Assembly (NCBI GenBank): GCA_042408955.1
Contig: JBHOQQ010000088.1
Coordinates: forward strand, 650-64,649
Length of the DNA stretch: 64,000 nt
DNA from: Thermomicrobiales bacterium
Lineage (GTDB): Bacteria; Chloroflexota; Chloroflexia; Thermomicrobiales; UBA6265
Reading direction: 5' to 3'
Shown here one piece after another: positions 51,513 through 59,400 of this stretch (position 1 is the first letter of the stretch; each line of letters starts with the position of its first letter). The notes below the pieces were generated by a model. That model was not told the origin of the DNA, made no database searches, and saw only the letters and a list, made by a program, of their open reading frames with translations. A program made the translations under genes and the position numbers.

Positions 51513-51919
51513 CACGCGTTTCACGCTTCACCAAACAGGATGTCGCTTCCTGTGCCACTGCCGTCCGTGGGGCGACGCTCCTATTTCGAACCGAGAATTT
51601 CTTCCATCGCTTTTTCCTGAGCGCTGGAAGGCGCCAGTGCGTACCCGACGGTGACCTGATCAGCGTACTGCCGCTTCCCAAGCGGACCGCATGTCATCGT
51701 TCGTCTTTCCCGTCGCGCTCGTCCAACGCGCGGGCTGGAAGACCTCCTCCCACGCTCCGATTCCAGGTTGGAACCTGGGACGCTCATTGCGGTAAGCCAG
51801 CGCGGCTGGCAAAGGGTCGCTCGTGGCGGGCAAGCATGCTAGGCTCTTCCAGGTGCATGGCGGGCAATGCTCGCGGAGTGGGCGCCGCATCTGATGATGT
51901 GCTGCTGAGGGTTGCAGGA

Positions 51920-52885
51920 GTGAGCGAGGAGCTGTTTGAGGAGCGAGTAGCGCTGGTCTTCCCTGGGCAGGGGAGCCAGTTCGTGGGAATGGGACTGGAA
52001 CTAGCGGCGATGTCACCGGCCGCGAAGCGCGTCCTGCGTGAGGCAGACACGACGCTCGGGATTCCCTTGACAGAGATCATCTTCTCCGGACCGGCCGAGA
52101 CGCTGGAGGATACCATCAATGCGCAACCGGCGATCCTGGCGGTCAGCATTGCGGCGCTGGAGGCACTGCGCGAGCGCCTGGCCGAGCACGGGAAGACGCT
52201 CACTCCGATGATGGTGGCTGGGCATTCCCTTGGTGAATTTACCGCACTGGTCGCGGCTGGATCTCTCACCTATCCCGATGCCTTGCTTCTGGTACGGGAG
52301 CGCGGGCGTTTGATGAAAGAGGCAGGAACGCAGCGGCCCGGCGGCATGGCAGCGGTGCTTGGACTCAATGACGACATGCTCGCCGGGATTTGCCGGGAAG
52401 CACGTGACGAGGGAGTCGTCGTCCTGGCCAACGCGAATTGCCCTGGCCAGACCGTCATCTCGGGCGAGTTGCCGGCGCTTGAGCGAGCCATGGAGCTAGC
52501 AAAGGAACGCGGAGCGAAGCGTGTCGCGCGCCTAGGGGTCAGCATCGCTTCGCATTCTCCCCTCATGGCAGATGCATCGGCGCAGTTTGCGGCAATCGTG
52601 GCGCGGACGCCTCTGCGCGAGCCGGCGCTCCCCGTTGTGGCCAATGTCTCAGCCGAGCCATTGACCACGGTGGAGGCGATCCGGGATGAGCTTTCGCGCC
52701 AGATCGCGAGTCCGGTGAACTGGACCGGCTCCGTGCGCCGGATGATCGACGAAGGTGTCACCACGTTCGTCGAGATCGGACCAGGGCAGGTGCTGACCGG
52801 GCTGATCAAGCGCATTGACCGGGGTGTGCGGGCTATCGGACTCGGCGATCTTGGCGTGGGATTGCCTCCGGTCGTTGCGCGGTAA
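51920..52885 (+). CDS. fabD: Malonyl-CoA:ACP transacylase
   Basis: FPGQGSQ, AQPA, GHSLGE, GGMAAV, N-N---Q-VISG, ASHSPLM, EIGPG-VL. Confidence 0.95.
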   Translation: MSEELFEERVALVFPGQGSQFVGMGLELAAMSPAAKRVLREADTTLGIPLTEIIFSGPAETLEDTINAQPAILAVSIAALEALRERLAEHGKTLTPMMVAGHSLGEFTALVAAGSLTYPDALLLVRERGRLMKEAGTQRPGGMAAVLGLNDDMLAGICREARDEGVVVLANANCPGQTVISGELPALERAMELAKERGAKRVARLGVSIASHSPLMADASAQFAAIVARTPLREPALPVVANVSAEPLTTVEAIRDELSRQIASPVNWTGSVRRMIDEGVTTFVEIGPGQVLTGLIKRIDRGVRAIGLGDLGVGLPPVVAR

Positions 52886-53078
52886 CCCGCGCGGACGGAA
52901 GAGCTGAGCAAGCTCGCGTCCGCTCGTGAACGGGCAGGCAACTTCCCGTACACTTGGAGACATCATGTGACCGGCCGGCAACGCGGGAAGGCGTCTCGGC
53001 AGGGAACGGTCGCGGGTGGGAACGAGCCATTCACGAAGTGTCGCATCAGGCGGCCATGCCAGGAAGGGGAGCCAGTCG

Positions 53079-54317
53079 GTGAGACGGGTGGTGGTAACCG
53101 GGGTGGGCGCGATCACCCCGCTCGGAATCGGGGTCAAGGCGTTCTGGGAGGGCATGGTCGCCGGTCGATCGGGCATTGATCGGATCCAGGCTTGGGATCC
53201 ATCGTCGCTGGACGTCCAGATCGCGGGTGAGGTGCGTGGCTTCGACCCCAAGGATCACATGGATCCCAAGGCGGCCAAGCGCATGGATCGGTTCGCGCAG
53301 TTTGCCGTGGCTGCTGCCCGTGAGGCGATCGAGGGCGCGTGCCTGCGCATCACCGATCAGAATCGGGACATGATCGGCGCGATCATCAACACGGGCGGTG
53401 GCGGTATCCCGACGATCGAAACAGAAGTCCAGAACATGTATACGAAGGGACAGAAAGCCGTGAGCCCCTTCCTGATTCCGATCTTTGCGCCGAACATGGC
53501 CAGTTGCCAGGTCTCGATCGCGTTTGGGCTACGCGGACCATCGATCACGGCTGCCGCAGCGTGCGCCTCGGGCATTCAGGCATTCATTGATGCCGTGCAC
53601 ATGATCCGGCGGGGCGAGATTGATGTAGCGATCACCGGTGGAACCGAGGCCGGCATCACGCCGGTCGCCGTCGCTGGTCTGGCGAACATGAAGGCGCTCT
53701 CGAAGCGGAATCACGATCCGGCGGGCGCGAGCCGGCCGTTTGACCTGGAGCGAGATGGCTTCGTGTTTTCTGAAGGGGCGGCGGTAATGGTCCTCGAAGC
53801 CGAGGAGCACGCGCTCGACCGCGGCGCACCGATCATTTGCGAAGCGCTCGGCGGGGCGTACACCTCCGATGCGTATCACATCACCGCTCCAGATCCGACC
53901 GGGAGCGGAGCGGCGCTGGCCATGACGCGCGCCATCACGTGGGCGGGATTGCAGCCAACCGATGTCAATTACATCGCTGCTCATGCGACTGCCACACCGA
54001 TCGGCGATATCGCTGAGACAGATGCGATCAAGCGGGCATTTGGCGATCATGCCTATAAGCTTGCCGTGTCGGCGAACAAGTCCATGCTTGGCCACCTTCT
54101 GGGCGCTGCTGGGGCGGTTTCAGCGCTCGGCTGCGTACTCGCCATCCGAGATCAGATTGCGCCACCGACGATCAACCTCACGCATCCCGATCCGAAGTGC
54201 GATCTCGACTATGTGCCAAACGTGGCACGCAAAATGACCATCAACGTTGCGCTCGCGAATGGATTCGGCTTTGGCGGACAAAACGCGGTGGCCGTCTTCC
54301 GCCGGTACGAACGTTAG
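53079..54317 (+). CDS. fabF: Beta-ketoacyl-ACP synthase II
   Basis: RRVVVTG-G, AACA (catalytic Cys), DAYH-TAP, AHATAT--GD, KSMLGHLLGAAG, NGFGFGGQN. Confidence 0.95.
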   Translation: MRRVVVTGVGAITPLGIGVKAFWEGMVAGRSGIDRIQAWDPSSLDVQIAGEVRGFDPKDHMDPKAAKRMDRFAQFAVAAAREAIEGACLRITDQNRDMIGAIINTGGGGIPTIETEVQNMYTKGQKAVSPFLIPIFAPNMASCQVSIAFGLRGPSITAAAACASGIQAFIDAVHMIRRGEIDVAITGGTEAGITPVAVAGLANMKALSKRNHDPAGASRPFDLERDGFVFSEGAAVMVLEAEEHALDRGAPIICEALGGAYTSDAYHITAPDPTGSGAALAMTRAITWAGLQPTDVNYIAAHATATPIGDIAETDAIKRAFGDHAYKLAVSANKSMLGHLLGAAGAVSALGCVLAIRDQIAPPTINLTHPDPKCDLDYVPNVARKMTINVALANGFGFGGQNAVAVFRRYER

Positions 54318-55002
54318 CGCGCTGCGCCACGCACGAGCTTCAGCACCGTTCCTTGGTCGGTCCCAGCGGAATGCGAACGTTCGATGATTGCGGTCGGCGG
54401 CTGAAGGAGATGCCGCCGCCATCGCGTCATTCCGTTCGCGCCTGCGCGGGAGTGCACAGCGAGGAATCTCGTTCGCGCGTGCCGGTTCGCGCGAACCCGA
54501 TAGGATGCGATCTGCTCGGTGACGCGGCGCAGTGTTCCTTACGCACCATGGAGACGGGAAACCCCACGTGTGCTCCCGAACCCGGCCAGGCGGGATGATG
54601 GCGACAGGAGGCACGGGGAGCCGGCTTGGGAACAAGCGTAAGCTCCCGGTGCGGCATCCAAGGCGCAGCGCTCGGCGGCGTATCCATATGATCTTCGGGC
54701 GGGGATCTCGCTCATGCAAGCGTGCACCGCGTCATCACGTTTCCGAAGAGCGTTCATCCAAAGGAAGCAGCGATACAAGAGTATCATCTCCGCGGCGCGG
54801 AATTGCGGCCTCTTGCGTTCCTTACCTGGTGCAATCGTCCCGATTGGGAGCGATCTCTAGGCGTGGGGAATGCAATTTCCATAAAAACTTGCTAAGGTAG
54901 CAGAAGCCAGAGGGCGGGAGAACGGAGACCAGGGTCAGGAATGCGTTCTGGCTCCGCATGCCTCCGTTGCCTGCGGTGTGTGACGCACAAGGGGTCTGAG
55001 CA

Positions 55003-55626
55003 GTGGCGGAACGGCCTGAAGGGGAAGCAGCTTTTGAGCGAGAGGTCCATCAGCGGCTACTCGCTGGGGATCGTACTGCTCCTCATGACTTGTGCGCACA
55101 TTTTCTTGAGCGGCTCTGCCGCACGCTTCAGCGCAAGAATCCGACAGTAGATGCGGATCTCGTGAGCGATGCTGTTACGAACGCGCTGCTCGACTATAGC
55201 GAGCATCCTGACCGCTTCAACCCGGACAAGCGCTCCCTGACCGGGTATCTGCTAATGTCCGCGCAGGGCGATCTCCGCAATTTGCTCCGGGCTCGGAAGC
55301 GTGAGCGCCAGGAATTGCCGCTCAACGAGGATGTCGAAAACACGTCTGGCGAGCGGAATAGATTGGCAGAGACAGGGGAATCGCCGGATGACATTCTGGA
55401 TTCCCTGATCGCAGAAGAGTGTCGCCAGCAGGTGATGGCCTTGGCGCAGAACGAAGAAGAGCGGATCGTGTTGCGGCTCATGATGGATGGTGAACGGGAG
55501 ACGGGCGTCTTTCTTGATCAATTGGGGTGGCAAGGTCCGCGCGACGAGCTGAGCACCCGCTTGTACCGCATGAAAGACCGCCTCGTCAAAAGGGTCCGGC
55601 GTTCGCTTGAGGTATGCCATGGATAA
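55003..55626 (+). CDS. Divergent ECF/sigma70-like factor
   Basis: Region 2-like DA---ALL-Y---P--FNP----L--YL---A--DL-N; region 4-like E--VL-LM-DG-R-T...LG...V/LYR-KDRL-KR-RR. Confidence 0.7.
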   Translation: MAERPEGEAAFEREVHQRLLAGDRTAPHDLCAHFLERLCRTLQRKNPTVDADLVSDAVTNALLDYSEHPDRFNPDKRSLTGYLLMSAQGDLRNLLRARKRERQELPLNEDVENTSGERNRLAETGESPDDILDSLIAEECRQQVMALAQNEEERIVLRLMMDGERETGVFLDQLGWQGPRDELSTRLYRMKDRLVKRVRRSLEVCHG

Positions 55627-56020
55627 CGCGGACCAACGTTCGCAACCTGAAGAAACGAGTGTCGCGTTGATGTGCCGGGCTGCGCGGGCCGCCGAGCGCC
55701 GGCCCGCGTTCCTGGCCTCAGTGTTCGCGGCCTACCGAGCCGCAGAGCAACTGGACGAACTTGGGCTTTCGCGCATGTTGAACATTCCGCCCGAGCAGGT
55801 TTGCGGGCTGGCACTTTGTCTTCGCCCGCGCGCCGAGTTCTTTCGCGAGGACGTGCAACGGATCGCCGAGCGTTTTCATGTAGATCCGCAAACGCTGGCA
55901 GGGATTATCCGGCACGTTGAAGCGATCGCGGCGATCGAAGCGGCCAGCACCGCGCACGGGAAAATTGCCGCGGCAGCGCGTGACGCGGAGGAATCATCTG
56001 ACAAGGATGGGACTCCATGA
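55619..56020 (+). CDS. Small helical protein, putative XRE/HTH-like
   Basis: GAGGT RBS; overlaps both neighbours; FLA--F--Y...L---L------V--LALC-RP; C-terminal AAARD. Confidence 0.6.
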   Translation: MDNADQRSQPEETSVALMCRAARAAERRPAFLASVFAAYRAAEQLDELGLSRMLNIPPEQVCGLALCLRPRAEFFREDVQRIAERFHVDPQTLAGIIRHVEAIAAIEAASTAHGKIAAAARDAEESSDKDGTP

Positions 56021-56718
56021 GCGATGCACTGCTGCACAAGCTCGCGGATCGGTTCTGGCGCGAGGCGGGCGGAGCCCCGCCGGAGCCACGCGATCTGGTG
56101 CGGGCAGTGTCGCTGGCGCTCCCGGTAGCGGTGGTCTTCATGCCAGCACTCACCTTAGAGCGGGTACACATCTGGCTCGAGCGGCGCGGCGCTCCCTACC
56201 GCGTTGATTGTGCATCTCGTCGCCTGCGTGGCTGCCTGGTGGCGGCTGGCGGGCGCGGCATCGTCTTCGTTGAGGGCGCCGATCCGGCAGACGAACGCCG
56301 GTTTACCCTTGCACACGAGGTTGCGCACTTTCTGCTTCATTACCAGTATCCGCGCGAGCGGGCAGTGCGCCGCCTTGGACCGGGAATCCTGCCGGTGCTC
56401 GACGGCTTGCGCGAGCCTACCCCCGAGGAGCGGATCGGTGCGGTACTGGCCGGCTGCCCGCTGGGCGTGCACACGCATCTGCTCGAACGCACCGGGGACG
56501 CGGGTGCGCTGGCCGCCGGAGCGGAAAACGAGGCGGACCGGCTCGCCTGGGAACTCCTGGCACCACAGGCCGATCTGCGAAGCGTGCCGGCAGGTGACCG
56601 GGAGCGCGTCTTGCAGACCCGCTTCGGCTTGCCCAGCCCGGAAGCAGCACGGTACGCCCGATGGCTGCGGCGCCGATTCGACGGCCCACCGACCTATTTG
56701 GACTGGCTAGGCTCCTGA
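56017..56718 (+). CDS. ImmA/IrrE family Zn metallopeptidase
   Basis: RRFTLAHEVAHF (HExxH) and E-EAD-LA-ELLAP; ATGA overlap. Confidence 0.88.
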   Translation: MSDALLHKLADRFWREAGGAPPEPRDLVRAVSLALPVAVVFMPALTLERVHIWLERRGAPYRVDCASRRLRGCLVAAGGRGIVFVEGADPADERRFTLAHEVAHFLLHYQYPRERAVRRLGPGILPVLDGLREPTPEERIGAVLAGCPLGVHTHLLERTGDAGALAAGAENEADRLAWELLAPQADLRSVPAGDRERVLQTRFGLPSPEAARYARWLRRRFDGPPTYLDWLGS

Positions 56719-56751
56719 CTCCGTTCCGCGCCCGCACGCGGAGGTGATCCG

Positions 56752-57993
56752 ATGTCCGCAACTCCCGCTGAGAACCCATCACCACCCACGGCGCGTGTCC
56801 GGCCGGGGCCGCCTGCGACCGGCGATCAGCGGCTGATGGCCGATGATGCGTTTCAGGCCGCGTTTGGTGAGCCGCTGTCCCGCACGCTCGATTTGGAAAC
56901 CTGGCTGCCGGGCGAGGACCTGCAACGGCTGTACGAGCGTTTGGAGCAGGAGGTCAAGGGAGCGCTGTCGTATGAGGACGCGGCGCTGCGCACGATCCGG
57001 CACCAGGTGTTGCCGAGAATCGCGCACAACCTGCGGGTGCCGGAGGTTGCGGGCGTCTACCGCGTATCGGCTGAGGATATCGCCCGCGTCCACCGCTTGG
57101 TGCTGTTCAATGGCGGCGTTGAAGCAGCCGATGGTACCTTCGTTGGGCATGACACCCTGGCGATGACGATTACCCAGGTCGGCGTTTGCCTGGTCAGCTA
57201 CCAGGGTGATAGCGGCTCGTGGGTGCACCGGCTGTACCGGCGCGACCTGCGGGCGCATGTCATGGATCCAGTCGAGGAAGTCGAGGCGCTCCTCATGCGG
57301 CGTCAGCGCCGGACCGGCGGGGACGAGCGCGACCGGCGCTCGCAGTTGAGCATGCTGGCGCAGCGGGCCATCCTCGCCTTTGCCGAGCGGGCAGCCCTCT
57401 TGGATCGGTCGACCGCGCCGTGGCGGATGGGCCACGGAAATCCGGTCCCCGTCGAGCTTCTTTCAGGATCCGGCTACATGGCGCTGCTCGATGCCGCGCT
57501 GCCGCTCTTGCGCCGACTCATCGGCGAGCACCGCAAGATCGTCTATGTGCCGAGCGAGCCGCGCGAGGGCGGGCTGCTGACGATCGGGTATGCCTTGCAG
57601 CCGCTCGAATACGCGGTCATCGATACCATGCAGTTGCGGTTGAGCGACGTGGTCGAGCGGTATCACTATGACCGGGCGCACTTCAACGCGGCGCGCGCCT
57701 TTGTCGAGGAGATCGGACCGCAGCTCGTGATTGGGGTCTACCGGGTCTCCTCGCTCGGCCCGCCACGCCTCTTCTACGCGCACCGGGAGCACGCGCATGA
57801 GGCGGCGCTGATCGCGATGGCAGATAGCGCGCTCCAGGAGCATCGCGCGTTCCCGATGCTCATTGATCTTGCCGACACCGTCTGCCACACCATCTTCGGT
57901 CCCGCCGATTTTCGGGACTCGGTCCGGCTGGCTTACCTCGACGCTGGGCATCCCTACAGCTACCTCGGTGAGCGAGAGATGCGCGAACGGTAG
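56752..57993 (+). CDS. Putative divergent NurA-like (RNase H fold) protein
   Basis: GGAGGT RBS; VEAADGT followed by beta strands (ITQVGVCLV); C-terminal FPMLIDLAD echoes NurA YPxxLxxAH/D. Confidence 0.55.
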   Translation: MSATPAENPSPPTARVRPGPPATGDQRLMADDAFQAAFGEPLSRTLDLETWLPGEDLQRLYERLEQEVKGALSYEDAALRTIRHQVLPRIAHNLRVPEVAGVYRVSAEDIARVHRLVLFNGGVEAADGTFVGHDTLAMTITQVGVCLVSYQGDSGSWVHRLYRRDLRAHVMDPVEEVEALLMRRQRRTGGDERDRRSQLSMLAQRAILAFAERAALLDRSTAPWRMGHGNPVPVELLSGSGYMALLDAALPLLRRLIGEHRKIVYVPSEPREGGLLTIGYALQPLEYAVIDTMQLRLSDVVERYHYDRAHFNAARAFVEEIGPQLVIGVYRVSSLGPPRLFYAHREHAHEAALIAMADSALQEHRAFPMLIDLADTVCHTIFGPADFRDSVRLAYLDAGHPYSYLGEREMRER

Positions 57994-58230
57994 CGCCGGG
58001 TAAGGGCACTCCCGATCCTAAGCCCGAGCCTCCGAAGGGTGCGAGTGAAGGAAAACGCACCCGATGCTTGACCGGTTGGAAAAGAAGATGGTGTGATGAA
58101 ATGTGGAAGAACTTTGGTCAGAACACCGTGATGTGTGAATTAGTGAACGAAGTCTTCATGAACATTGAAATTCATCGCCTATGGAAGTTGAGCGTTGCCA
58201 AATGATTTCAGGAAAAAACAGGAGAATGTG

Positions 58231-58846
58231 ATGGGCGGGTACGGATCAGGACGCTGACCTCGCTGGGATGCACGCCCCACCACCGACCGGTTGTACCGCC
58301 TGGTGCTGCACGACTGGACACGGCACGACCGGCTCCAACCCGGTCTCTGGGGCAGCACCCGCTGGCTGCGCGGTGAGCGGGTGACCGGTGCCGTCGGCTG
58401 GATCGTCCTTGGGCAAACGACCGATTCCAGCGTGCGTATGCCGGAGGCACTGCTGCTTCACTATCAGGCCGAGGGTGCGGTGATCTGCGAGCGGATCGCC
58501 CTGACCTGGACCGCCTACCCGCTCGGCGGTCTGTCCGGGGTGCGGGCGACCCTGCGCGGTACTCTCTGGCGGCGTTCACTTTTGCTGCCGGCGCTGTCAC
58601 GGTCTAGCCTATGCCAGCACGCGCGAGGAGCCGTACGAGCGGGCGCTGCGCCGTGCCCAGGCGATCCGCCAGCGGCTGGGGGGATCGCCCAATCTCCTGG
58701 CCCCATTCCCTGCCAAGCCGCCCCGGATGCACTGGCGCACCTACTGGCGGCTTGTAGCGGAGGCGATGGAGTGTGAGGCGGTCTGGGGAGCGGGACGTGC
58801 GGCGTGGCTGGAGCAGGTGGTCAGTCTTGCGCGGCCGCGAAGGTGA
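58231..58846 (+). pseudogene. Decayed Zn-finger hypothetical gene of the MGGxGSG family (mobile-element associated)
   Basis: MGGYGSGR then an in-frame TGA at codon 9. A frameshift near 58530 leads into CPGCGR...CRRCHGLAY-S-RE...RLGG...KPPRMHWRTY-RL. Confidence 0.7.
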
Positions 58847-58859
58847 CGGGAGGACCCCG

Positions 58860-59231
58860 ATGGGACGGAAGGATGGCGTCGCCCGGCGTGAGCAGGCTTT
58901 GCATCGGCACTGGGAACGGCAGGTTCGCCGGTGGGAGGCATGGCAGGACGCGGCCGATGCCGTGCACGACGTGCTGCCTCAGGCGATGGCTGTGCTGAAG
59001 GAGATCCTACAGACCGGGGACCCGAAGGCGCGCCTAATGGTAGTGCTCGCGCTGCTGCGGTGGGCGAGCATCACGCCGCAAGCCGTTTGCCCGTCACCGG
59101 TCGTGACCTGGCTGGATGAGCACCTGGCGGATGCCTTGCTCGTGACCAGCGGCGAAGCACCGGAGCTGATGCCGATGACCGCCGAGCGAAATCGCAACGA
59201 GCCAGCAACGAAACCCGTGCGCGATGCGTGA
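58860..59231 (+). CDS. Hypothetical protein
   Basis: GGAGG RBS before ATG 58860; helical A--VL-E-L--GD--ARL pattern. Confidence 0.45.
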   Translation: MGRKDGVARREQALHRHWERQVRRWEAWQDAADAVHDVLPQAMAVLKEILQTGDPKARLMVVLALLRWASITPQAVCPSPVVTWLDEHLADALLVTSGEAPELMPMTAERNRNEPATKPVRDA

Positions 59232-59400
59232 CACTACCTCACCTCAGCGGTCAATGAACGATCCCGTGAATTGCCCGGCTCGCTCACGACAGGTTGCAGG
59301 CCGGGTGCACAGCCCCGCGAGCCCTGTGTAGAATCCAGTGCCAATGACGTAATCTATCGATGCAGGGCTTCACGCTAGCCGAGAGAGAAGGATCGTTTCT

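Noticed and set aside
54550-54775. SRP RNA or RNase P RNA (GAACCCGGCCAGG, AGGAAGCAGC, GGAAACCCCAC fragments)
   Set aside because: The fragments are not contiguous or in the required order; no CAGG-stem-GGAA-stem-AGCAG and no GAGGAAAGTCC.
58255-58257. In-frame TGA as selenocysteine or recoding
   Set aside because: A second lesion (frameshift) in the same gene points to decay, most likely of a TGG codon; TGA is a normal stop elsewhere in the window.
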